NCBI RefSeq assembly: GCF_001194135.2
Contig: NC_068983.1
Coordinates: 19,331,977-19,395,976, forward strand
Length of the DNA: 64,000 nt
Source: Octopus bimaculoides
Lineage: Eukaryota
Direction: 5' to 3'
In this document: positions 40,881 through 52,470 of the stretch, in pieces
Numbering within the stretch: position 1 is the first letter of the stretch
How the letters are laid out: the number at the start of each line of letters is the position of its first letter
Translations under genes and position numbers: made by a program
Notes under the pieces: generated by a model
What the model saw: only the letters and a program-made list of their open reading frames with translations
The model's database searches: none
What the model was told of the DNA's origin: nothing

Positions 40881-42735
40881 ATATCATCATCATCATCCAT
40901 CATTTTAAATCCGGGTTTTGTCCCCGTTCACGGGGGTGGCTGGATCTACCTCAATGCCATAGCAACCGACCTCACACTTTTTGGCCATATTACTCGGTTT
41001 TGGGCGTTTTCCCCTCTCAAGCCAACCCTCCCAATCTCCCCCTCCACCTATCCTCTCCACGTTCTCTTTAATCTACCTCGCTTTCACTGTCCGTTTACCT
41101 CACACACTAGTACCCTCTTCAGAACATGCTCCTCCTCCCTCCTCAACAAATGCCCACACAACCGCACTCCATTCGACCTTGCCACCCGTTCCACTGATTC
41201 CTCCAAACCCAGCATCTTCATCAAGTCCTCATTCCTCCTATTATCAAACAACCTCACGCCAGAGATTTCCCTCACCATTGCTCTCTCAGTTCTTCTCAAA
41301 ATTGCCATCTCTCTCTCCCTCAAACACCACGTCTCACTCTCATATAGCATTGTAGCTCTCACACAATTCCTATAGACCTTTCCTTTCGTCTTCAACAATG
41401 AGAACCTTTTTCCATATAACAACGCTCTACATTCCCCGAATTTCACCCAGCCAAATCTCGCTCTTGCTGCCACAGATGCTTCACGTCCACCATTTACAAC
41501 TACCCTATCTCCCATATAAAACCCTCTCACCGTCTCCACCTCGTCACATAGTGTTTCCACTGATTTCGCCAGCCCTCCAACTCCTTTCTCATATTTTCCA
41601 CAATAAACCACTCTTGCCAGTCTTGGGGTCACCTTCTTCATTTTCGTACATCTACCATGAATCTATTTCTCATATCTCGTACGCAACACCGCATTTGCAA
41701 TTATCCTCCTCCCACATAAACCACATGGATCCGCCTTACTCACTAACACTTCTCCTTTCACCCCACTCACAATCACCGCTGTCTTCCCGTCGTTTAGTTT
41801 CAAACTCTTGAGTTCAAACGTCTGCTTCTATTTCTAAAACTACTCCCTCAATCTCTCTTCGTGTCATTCATCAGAACAAAGTAATCTGCATACAGTATCT
41901 CCATTAGCAATCCTTCTCTTACACTCTTCGTCACCACATGAAACACTATTGCAACCAATAATAGTGAAAATACAGATCCCTGATGCACACCAAATTTCAC
42001 CGCAAACACCTCCGACAGCTCTGATCCAATTCTCACTCTTGTCTCTACCCCGTCAGACAAACTCATCACTTCTCTCACAGTTACCTCTAGTACACTTCTC
42101 TTCCTCGACACCCACTCAATCCTTCCTTGGAACCCTATCATATGCCTTCTCCAGATCAGCGAAACGCATGTACAACTCCTTCACCTTACCTCGTTATTCC
42201 TCCTGCAATCTCCTTACAATGATCACTGCATCTAGTGTCCCCTTTTCTGGCATTAAACTAAATTGCATCTCATCCACATCCACCTCTTTCCGAATTCTCG
42301 AACGCGTTTCTACTATCTTTTTTGTATGCTCCAATAGTTTCGCTCCTCTATACGACCCACAACTTATCTCGCCCCCCCCCATTCCCTTGTAGATCTTTAC
42401 CACCACAATCATCTGGCATTCCTCTTCCATCCAGCACTCCCTGGCAGAGCTCTGTCATCACAACAATCCCTATCTCTCCACTTGCAGTTATCATTTCCAC
42501 ACTTACTTCTGATGGACCAGCTGCCTTTCCTGTTTCCGTTTCCTTCATTTTCTCCACTACTTCCTCCCGACTAACCCTCTCAACAGGCCCCACCACCACA
42601 GCAGCTTCCACCCTCTGATTCCCTTCATTCTCCTCATTCATAATTCCCTCCATATTCTGCTTCCAAACACTACCCTGTCCTTCTCACTAAAAAATTCAAC
42701 TTTCCATCAATCCCCCGTATGCTTCTTCCTCCCTC
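40881..42735 (-). mobile_element. RTE-type LINE, RT and C-terminus, with (GAT)n 3' tail; 5' part runs into a gap
   Basis: GKAAGPSEV, GVHQGSVFS, EILYADYFVL, KGKVYRNCVRATMLYESETW, RSNGVRLCGHLLRR. Confidence 0.88.
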
Positions 42736-43637
42736 NNNNNNNNNNNNNNNNNNNNNNNNNNNNNNNNNNNNNNNNNNNNNNNNNNNNNNNNNNNNNNNNN
42801 NNNNNNNNNNNNNNNNNNNNNNNNNNNNNNNNNNNNNNNNNNNNNNNNNNNNNNNNNNNNNNNNNNNNNNNNNNNNNNNNNNNNNNNNNNNNNNNNNNNN
42901 NNNNNNNNNNNNNNNNNNNNNNNNNNNNNNNNNNNNNNNNNNNNNNNNNNNNNNNNNNNNNNNNNNNNNNNNNNNNNNNNNNNNNNNNNNNNNNNNNNNN
43001 NNNNNNNNNNNNNNNNNNNNNNNNNNNNNNNNNNNNNNNNNNNNNNNNNNNNNNNNNNNNNNNNNNNNNNNNNNNNNNNNNNNNNNNNNNNNNNNNNNNN
43101 NNNNNNNNNNNNNNNNNNNNNNNNNNNNNNNNNNNNNNNNNNNNNNNNNNNNNNNNNNNNNNNNNNNNNNNNNNNNNNNNNNNNNNNNNNNNNNNNNNNN
43201 NNNNNNNNNNNNNNNNNNNNNNNNNNNNNNNNNNNNNNNNNNNNNNNNNNNNNNNNNNNNNNNNNNNNNNNNNNNNNNNNNNNNNNNNNNNNNNNNNNNN
43301 NNNNNNNNNNNNNNNNNNNNNNNNNNNNNNNNNNNNNNNNNNNNNNNNNNNNNNNNNNNNNNNNNNNNNNNNNNNNNNNNNNNNNNNNNNNNNNNNNNNN
43401 NNNNNNNNNNNNNNNNNNNNNNNNNNNNNNNNNNNNNNNNNNNNNNNNNNNNNNNNNNNNNNNNNNNNNNNNNNNNNNNNNNNNNNNNNNNNNNNNNNNN
43501 NNNNNNNNNNNNNNNNNNNNNNNNNNNNNNNNNNNNNNNNNNNNNNNNNNNNNNNNNNNNNNNNNNNNNNNNNNNNNNNNNNNNNNNNNNNNNNNNNNNN
43601 NNNNNNNNNNNNNNNNNNNNNNNNNNCACACATACAT

Positions 43638-43668
<31 letters not shown>

Positions 43669-43691
43669 CGCACACAAACACAGACACACAG

Positions 43692-43722
<31 letters not shown>

Positions 43723-43732
43723 CAAATATATA

Positions 43733-43886
43733 ACGGTCTTCTCTCAGTTTCCGTATACCGAACCCATTCACAAGGCTTTGGTCTGACCGTGGCTATAGTA
43801 GAAGACACGTGCATAAGGTTGCACGCAGTGGGACTGAACACGACAGCATGGGCTTGAGAAGCAAGCTTCCTAACACATAGCCACGA
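43733..43886 (-). mobile_element. 5' half of family-A SINE
   Basis: Similar to 19850-19990. Confidence 0.75.
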
Positions 43887-44329
43887 TACATGCCCATTAG
43901 ATATTTCTACATGGTGATATATTTATAAACAAACTCTCATAGATGCAGCGTTGACTTTAATCTCCTAAAGATAATACGAATTTGCAAAATTTTCACCAAT
44001 TTCAAAGTCATGATCAGCGAAACGTGAAACCAGTAGACTATCATAATATTCTATCCTTCACAATATACTTAAAAATATATAAATCGTGACCATATTTCTT
44101 CTTTTCACAAACACACACACACACACGCACACGCACACACACACACACACGTACACACACACATAGAGAGAGAGATACATTTATTAATAAGAAGTGAAAG
44201 TACAAGTGACATTTGGAGATGAAAATTATATATACTGAGAGGAAAAATATTCAATGCACACATAAGGAAACCTGTACACATACGAACAAATGCGCGCTTT
44301 TGTATGTATGTATGTATATATATATACAT

Positions 44330-44376
<47 letters not shown>

Positions 44377-44963
44377 TGTTTATGTGTCTGTGTGTGTATT
44401 TATAATCTCATGCATTATATATGTGGTGGTGTGTGTTTGTTTCTCGTTTAATATGCACAAATTTGTTTGTTTGTATTTCAAGCGCCATGTAAGTATTTCC
44501 ATGCTAAAACAGACTGTAGATGTTATAAAAGCATGCTACGCTTGTACGTAATGAGAGATTAGAAAAATTAAAAGGAAAAAAAGAAAGAAAAAGAAATGAA
44601 ACTAAAGACGGTGAATGGTAGATTTAGAACGTAGCATAATATATATGTTTAAAATGGATTTTCTATAAGGCCGCAGTACATATTCAATAGATGTAAGAAT
44701 GCATAAAGAGAAAGAGTTTGGAAGCAGCTAATTACCGTGCTCAAAGACCAATTGAATACAATCCACCTACCTACTACACTGTAAATTTCTTTTGCGCCAG
44801 CAGTGAATATTGATTATTTGATTGAAGCGGCAGTAGGGTCTTAGATCAAAGATTTTCCGTTGTAGATAGTTGAACACATGACAATACACATCACAGTGAC
44901 ACACATGCATTGCGCACGCACACACACACACACACACACATATATGTGTGTATATATACATAC

Positions 44964-45036
<73 letters not shown>

Positions 45037-45734
45037 GGTATGTATAGATATGTATGCCTATATATCCTCACGCAGACACATACTTATGTACACAAACACG
45101 TTGTACTATCTTAGACTGTCGGCGATATACAAGCATGTGGCACACTCTAGAGAAGCTATAGACTATTTAGGTACATGCGTGTATGTATATGAACGTGTGT
45201 CTTTCCTTATATATCGTTAGCTTTAAGAGATAATGTATATTAACATGAGCAAAAAAAAAAGAAATTAAAGGGTACACTTACTCTTACTCTCACGCACATA
45301 TTTTCAAAGGCATTCGCATACACACATGCACGAGCTGTTATGTTTATATTTATATATACCTAGGTGTTAATATGCGAGTGTGTGTGTATGTATCTGTTTG
45401 TGTGCGTGCGATCACAACCGTTTGCATCATCTTTTCGGTTGAAACCGTCTCTTAGTGTAAATGTAGAGCGCATAGGCAATCTTATAGATCTGTATGTAAA
45501 CCTGCGTATGTGACTTTACTACGGGCATAGTCGAACATATGCACACCCACACACACACACACACACACATACACACACACACACATACACACACACACGC
45601 TCCGCGCGCACACACTGACATACACACTCATGTGCACATGTTTGTACACATATATAAATACATACAGAACTGTGTGCTAAAACGTATCTCTATTTTTTCT
45701 ATTTCTTTAACTATATATATATATATATATATAT

Positions 45735-46200
45735 ATGGGAGAATGTACGAAAAAAACAACAACAGACGAGGACAGGTGGTGCAAATAACAAAAGGATGTA
45801 TTAGTATGACGCTCGGGAATACGGAAAGTCTTTGACGCTTCGAGCTACGCTCTTCAACAGAAAGAATACGGAGACAAGGGGAAAAACACGGAGAAAAAAA
45901 AATTGAATAGTGTTCAGTCAACGGTCAATCATAATAATGGCTGACCGGAAGATTGAAATTCTTTTTTTAGGAGAGCTAAGAAAAGGGGAGATAACAAACG
46001 GTGATCGAAGAACTAGGGGCTGTGTGTGGGAGATAGAATGCTGGTGATCTTGACGTAGGCTACAATACAAGTATTTATACCCATAGTTTCATATGGTCAG
46101 AAATTCTTACACAAATTCGTCAGGCACATACCACATATCATAAAGAACTAAAAAAAGATGTAATATAATACAAGCGAAAAAATGAGAAGTTAATACATAG
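45735..46200 (-). mobile_element. Probable Penelope-like pseudo-LTR/UTR remnant containing a hammerhead motif; boundaries approximate
   Basis: Non-coding sequence with a minimal type-I hammerhead; such motifs are established features of PLE pLTRs. Confidence 0.5.
45829..45865 (-). ncRNA. Minimal type-I hammerhead ribozyme motif (variant core)
   Basis: TCTTT CTGTTGA A GAGC GTA GCTC GAAGC GTC AAAGA: perfect stem I (TCTTT/AAAGA), stem II (GAGC/GCTC), GUC cleavage triplet; core differs from CUGANGA/GAAA at two positions. Confidence 0.7.
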
Positions 46201-46399
46201 AACACACAGAAAGTAAAAAACGGAAAACTTAAAGTTGAAAAATAAAAAGTAAAACGGTAAAATTGCTGTCATCCTTAGACCTTAAATTATAACGATGGAA
46301 AAATATCAAGTTAGAAATAGGCGGAATTTTACAATTCTTCAAAATATATTTATACATATGCTTGCTGCCACTGAAAATTTCTGATCTTGTCCCCATAAC

Positions 46400-46540
46400 A
46401 GAGCGATTCGGCAAAAGAGAACAAAATAAAAAACACTAGGATTACAAAGAATAATTCTTGAGATTGATTTGTTCGACAAAAGGCCGTGCTCCATCATGGC
46501 TGCAGTTAAATGACTGAAACACGTAAAAAAGTAAGAGAGT
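46400..46540 (+). mobile_element. 3' fragment of family-A SINE
   Basis: gattcggcaaaagaga...gatttgttcgac..gtgctccatcatggctgcagttaaatgactgaaac. Confidence 0.75.
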
Positions 46541-46713
46541 ACATTTCAGCAGTGAGCTAGGTATCTTAGATGCGTACAGGATCTGCACTGTTCCAGCTTA
46601 CATTTGTTCGGTCCATTCACTTACTTTCCATTTAATTATGTTGTCGTTATCTGTTTTTCGTTTACTGTCTTATTATTATTATTTTTTTTTACTTTCTGTG
46701 TTTTCTATATGTT

Positions 46714-47115
46714 GCCTTCCTACGTCTTAGCGAAGGCGGAAGTATTGTTTTTTAGTCACGTTTGTTTGTTTGTTTTTCTTTTGTTTTTTTTTTCTTTTTT
46801 CATTCATCCGTGAATAAGATATCTCAAGAACTGCTTGATCGATTACGATCATTGTTTAAGGGATGTTTGGCCTCGTGAAGGGTACGAGCTGATTAGATTT
46901 TGGGATCGAACCTGTAGAGAACAAGGATTATTTTTCCTGGTTTTGATTTAATTTTTGAGAGCAGTCGGTTCAATTTTTAGTATTCTAGTCTGTGAAAGCA
47001 GTGGAGGTTATTTCAGATATTGTCATTTTAAAAATCATCTCTGGCTAATTTTGGAGAGGACGTTTGTGTTGACATGCTGGAGGTTTACACTCTCTGCGTG
47101 CTCTCGATCAAGTTT
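46714..47115 (+). mobile_element. Non-autonomous Helentron-associated (HINE-like) element
   Basis: 5' hairpin GCCTTC..GAAGGC followed by ggaagtattgtttt, (GTTT)n tract, gataTctcaagaac, and 3' ggaggtttacactctctg.gtgctct..agtt. This layout resembles HINE/DINE-1-like families as I recall them. Confidence 0.5.
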
Positions 47116-47424
47116 TTAAATTCGTTATTATATGTGGGTTGCGCCTGAAGAACATGTTTGAATATTTCTCAACATATGAGACTATTAGTAGCGTTTAAAT
47201 ACAATTAGTATACCATTTAAATAAACAATATTAATCTCTCACCATATGGAGTACTTGTTTTGTAAATTTTCTGTTACGGAAAAGTATATTATATATAATA
47301 CAGTAAATAGTAAAAATCATTAATGATTTTGCCAGGGGGTGAGCGCGGAAATAACAAACTTTTACGTTAATTTTCCAAATATTTTATAATTATATACATA
47401 ATTATAACATGGGAGTGGCTTAGT

Positions 47425-47580
47425 TACATTATTTACATTCGACGGATATTTATCCTCATCTTGTTTGTCGTTAACACAATGTTTCGACTGATATACCATC
47501 CAGCCTTCTTCAGGGGTCTTCGGGAAATTTCGAACCTGTGTTCTCATTCCTGAGATAGTTTTCGATGCTATTATTATTAT
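47425..47580 (-). mobile_element. 3' module of tRNA-head/hammerhead element, left copy
   Basis: Reverse complement closely matches 48372-48520 (catcgaaaa..ggaatgagaac..ggttcgaaatttccc..agac..ctgaagaaggctgga.ggtatatcag..caagatgagga.aaatatccgt..atgtaaataatgta). Confidence 0.9.
47473..47518 (-). ncRNA. Minimal type-I hammerhead motif (mutated copy)
   Basis: GACCC CTGAAGA A GGCTG gatggtatat CAGTC GAAAC ATT GTGTT: core CUGANGA and GAAA intact, stem II pairs; the G of the GUH triplet is replaced by A. Confidence 0.7.
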
Positions 47581-47581
47581 T

Positions 47582-48133
47582 GAGTGAGAGAGCAGTGCAT
47601 GCCATCAAAGTGACACTGGGGTAAAATATACGAAGCCCATTATACCCATCATGACTACCCGTCTGATAAGGGTACACTAGGCACAAGCATCACAACCATA
47701 TGAGCGCGACATGGTGATCTCATATCAAGATAAACAGCGCAGGACCTTGCAGGTGGGGCCCAGTTAGAATTTTCTTCCGGTCGAGTAGCCCATCCCGCTC
47801 AATAGGTCTCTGAATAAGGTTTGTTTAGGATGTTGAGCAAAACACCCATGTTTCCAAAGGTGAATTATTCAAACCCCAAAGAATTCCTCTCAACACATGC
47901 CTATGATGCTCTCCCACTACTTCTGCTCATGATCAGAGATGCACATATCGTCAGCCACCAAGGAACATGCTCAACTGATTAAGGTCAAACAACTGACAAG
48001 CAAATCTCTGGTATTGAGCGGAATATTTGCTGTAGGCCATCTTTTATACCAAGACAAAACAATGTACATGATAACACTTCCAATCAATTAAGATCAGAAG
48101 CCATGAGATCCACTGCCTAGTATTGCATCCGGG

Positions 48134-48134
<1 letters not shown>
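47582..48134 (-). mobile_element. Non-coding ~550-bp insertion between (TAA)n tracts, possibly a Dong-type 3' UTR or a dependent element
   Basis: Flanked on both sides by (ATT)n and splits the left hammerhead element; no ORF. Orientation is inferred. Confidence 0.5.
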
Positions 48135-48208
<74 letters not shown>

Positions 48209-48285
48209 CATTGTTGTTGTTGTTGTTGATAGTGTTACTGTTGCTGTTGTTGCTGTTGTTGTTTAGGTCACTGCTTGGAATCAAC

Positions 48286-48556
48286 GTGGTTAAGAGCGTG
48301 GGCTACTAACCCCAAAATTCCGAGTTCGATTCCAAGCAGTGACCTGAACAACAACAACAACAACAACAACAACATCGAAAAATATCTTAGGAATGAGAAC
48401 CGAGGTTCGAAATTTCCCCAAGACCTCTGAAGAAGGCTGGAGGGTATATCAGGCAAAACGTTCTGTTAACAACAAGCAAGATGAGGACAAATATCCGTTA
48501 ATTGTAAATAATGTAAATAATGTACAAAATTCCTCATCTCTTAAATATAGAACTGT
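48286..48556 (+). mobile_element. tRNA-head/(AAC)n/hammerhead element, right copy
   Basis: GTGGTTAAGAGCG D-loop-like segment, anticodon-like arm GTGGG-CTACTAA-CCC, B box GAGTTCGATTCC (48322-33), (AAC)n, then a hammerhead motif. Confidence 0.8.
48422..48467 (+). ncRNA. Minimal type-I hammerhead motif (mutated copy)
   Basis: GACCT CTGAAGA A GGCTG gagggtatat CAGGC AAAAC GTT CTGTT: CUGANGA intact, GAAA changed to AAAA, palindromic ACGT stem III, GUU triplet. Confidence 0.65.
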
Positions 48557-49515
48557 ATTAGTGTGTTAAATATCCCAGTACCCCAATAATTACACATGTA
48601 ATCATGATAGAGTAGCTATAGATTCCTCAGTCGTTCAGCGTAGGTATTTTTTCCTTCGCTGGTCTTCAGCTTTACGTTAACAACCGCTGGGCAGTTGGTT
48701 TTCACAATTGTGCATAGTTTCTCTTTACTATCCCAAATAACTATGTATATATGCATGTATGTATGTATGTACGTATATATGCAGATATATCAGACATGAT
48801 TGTTCACAGTTTTTCATGCCGTCTTTCATTGATATCTCATATTATGTATTGGCACAAATTCAGAGAGGTAGTTTAAGTAGATGGATAGCATTTAATCCCT
48901 GTGGTAGATATACTGATAATATTTATAAATATATAAGCAACTACACGTATAAGAATATAGATATACACTTCGTAGGCAACAATGGTAGAGATATGAATAA
49001 ATAATTAGAGATAAAATAGAGAAGTATGGAACAACGTAAATAGTTAAACAGATGTACAGGTTTACAGATATATTGGGAGATAAATTGATAAAGGCAGATG
49101 GCGAACGGTGAGGTTAAGAACATAAAATGTGCATCTGTCATTATTATTTTCTTTTAAATCTTGGTTTTTATGTATCGTTTAAAATCATCTATTTTCTAAA
49201 CAGTGAAATATTCGATACTAGAATAAAGAAGGCAAAAATATAAGTTTTTTGTATTGGAAGGACACGCACCCCCACCCACACACACACGTACATACATACA
49301 CAAACACAGATACATAATACATACTTACATACATACATACATACATACATATATACATACATATAGCGAGGTAGATAGAGAAATAGTTAAAGACAGAAAA
49401 ATAGAAACGTATAAAATCTTTTTAAGCTCAAATTTAAAGGAAAAGTGATTAGCCATCAACGTGGCTTTTTTCCCATTTTGATATCACACTATGGCTACTG
49501 CTATACATACATACC

Positions 49516-49556
<41 letters not shown>

Positions 49557-50054
49557 NNNNNNNNNNNNNNNNNNNNNNNNNNNNNNNNNNNNNNNNNNNN
49601 NNNNNNNNNNNNNNNNNNNNNNNNNNNNNNNNNNNNNNNNNNNNNNNNNNNNNNNNNNNNNNNNNNNNNNNNNNNNNNNNNNNNNNNNNNNNNNNNNNNN
49701 NNNNNNNNNNNNNNNNNNNNNNNNNNNNNNNNNNNNNNNNNNNNNNNNNNNNNNNNNNNNNNNNNNNNNNNNNNNNNNNNNNNNNNNNNNNNNNNNNNNN
49801 NNNNNNNNNNNNNNNNNNNNNNNNNNNNNNNNNNNNNNNNNNNNNNNNNNNNNNNNNNNNNNNNNNNNNNNNNNNNNNNNNNNNNNNNNNNNNNNNNNNN
49901 NNNNNNNNNNNNNNNNNNNNNNNNNNNNNNNNNNNNNNNNNNNNNNNNNNNNNNNNNNNNNNNNNNNNNNNNNNNNNNNNNNNNNNNNNNNNNNNNNNNN
50001 NNNNNNNNNNNNNNNNNNNNNNNNNNNNNNNNNNNNNNNNNNNNNNNNNNNNNN

Positions 50055-50087
<33 letters not shown>

Positions 50088-52411
50088 ACACACACACACA
50101 TAACACACACACACAACACATAAATGCACATGTACTCTTTCAGACGCATATGTAAAAATTAAATTTACTCGCTCCCATTTATATGCCTACTATGTATCTG
50201 GAGAATTGCACACACGTTCCTAAACGGTATACACAAAAATCAAGGCGTGTAAAGGCACTTGAAATATCTCAAAATCAGAAAAAAACTTGCTCTTAGCTAT
50301 TGTATACTGTGTTTAATCTTCTGCCATGCAAATGAGTACAGAAAGTGAGAGAACCAACACATTCCATCAAGATCTGCGAGGCCGTTATCCAAAATTCTAA
50401 GATTGAATATTCACTTTTGATCGACTGCGTCAGAGAACTCGATTTTGCGTAAATCGAAATGGCCTGGAACGAAGTATATGTGCTTTCGTGATACCACAAA
50501 TACGTTTTTAAAAAATAACAATGGCTTTCAAAATTTATCTATTTCTCTCACTTAATGGACACCAGGCCAGTGTTGGTGCCCGTGATATTTGTCGACATCC
50601 GTGGCAGGTGACCCTGACGCTAGTGAAAAATAGGTGCACAATATGATTACTATTGTNNNNNNNNNNNNNNNNNNNNNNNNNNNNNNNNNNNNNNNNNNNN
50701 NNNNNNNNNNNNNNNNNNNNNNNNNNNNNNNNNNNNNNNNNNNNNNNNNNNNNNNNNNNNNNNNTATATATATATATATATGCATGACTAAAACGCACGC
50801 AGAAACTATATTTTCAGTGGATTGCACGGTAGTGACGTAAATATTCCATTTTTCTTAAGCGACTCTTTCCCTTCTTTTACACCAGTAGCTGCGTATCACG
50901 TTGTAGTAGTGTGATAGGATTTGGTGAGGTCATTCAGCCTAAATGCAAATAAAATTAGGTATTCCCAAAAGTTCGTATTCGTAACCTTCTCTTCTTTTTG
51001 TAAAGTTATGACCTACATAGCTCAGCGTCCAGTAATGCATAGCCGCACACAGATGATACGGCACCTTATTTTATTCTAACCTTCTTTGGCACGCATTAGC
51101 CACGGCCAAATTAACCACAACCACATTAGCCACTCTACACATCAAACCTACATTGATTCCTTGAAAATATACACTGAAAGTTAACTCCGATGGGACGACG
51201 TTCATTTAACAGAAACGAAACGATTGACATAAATGTCTCTCTCATTCCACCAAGCCACACACCGTCTAAACCTGTTCACCACTAAAGAGGAGCCCTCAAA
51301 AATCACGCTTCAAATATCTGGTTCCATTAATACTCTAGTTCGTAACTTGGAAAAGTAATTATTTAACAAGCAAGGATTAAATCGCAAAACTTCCGCTTCT
51401 CTTAATCGCGATCTAATATATCACCATTTTATCACCATTTTTGGCAGAGTATTGGTCGCAAATCTGGCAACGTATTTCTGCTGCACATACAAATATATTA
51501 GACTACTGGGAACGAAAGGCTTTCCACTGATTTGTATATATAATTCCTCATATACACGTGATAGCCTCTCTCACATAGCTCTTACGTTGAAAAACTGCAA
51601 GCACCCCGTTTACCAATATGTTCAGTCCTTAGTACTCAGAGAGTATGGACTCTGGAATCGAATTGCAAATTATTATCCCAAACATTAACGGTATTAATTT
51701 CACTGCTCAACGATGTTCTGCGAAGAACATGGACGATGCACCTTCCCCAAGATCTAAGAACTCAAATAAGAGATAATCGGACACAGTTCCTGCAAAATTG
51801 TATGACAGCCGACGCTTGTTCAATCACGCTTCTTCGCCAACGTTTATAATTGTTCTGATTATCAAAGCAATTATTTCTTTTGAGTACCCAGCTTTTGTCT
51901 AATAATAAAGAAAACCGATATATCCTAGCTCCAGTATAGTCACAAACATTTTCCAACTAGTGCCAATAGTGAAAGCACCGACGCCTTCGCAATTACGGCA
52001 AACCGTTTGTGTGCGTGTTTGTGTGTGTGTTTGACGTTGGGTCTAGAATGGAAGTTGATATAGATGGGACTTGAAATCTTATTACACACAAGTCAGAAAT
52101 AAATATCAGTAGAAACCCTATCCGATTCTTTAATGTCTCTGCTCATGTGCCGACTTGAAAAATAGTAAGTATATTTTATTATTATCACTTCACATTTCTC
52201 TTATATTTTACAATCTACAACCAAACTAGTTTATATTGTTCTGTCCGTAAGTACTATTTATATATTCTCTTTATGCATTTATACAAAATGTATCTCAAAC
52301 CCGGTGACAACAAATGTAAAATTTCTATAAGTGTAGTCGCGGAAACCATCTCAATTTTCTTCATGACGCCAACAAAATTATATATATTTATCCATTCCTA
52401 CATGCACACCT

Positions 52412-52470
<59 letters not shown>

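Noticed and set aside
48286-48345. Functional tRNA gene (also SINE heads at 34300-34378)
   Set aside because: No complete acceptor stem or cloverleaf; continues into repeat bodies.
48628-48672. CTGAAGA plus CAGCG/CGCTG stem on the minus strand
   Set aside because: GAAA core and GUH site are absent.
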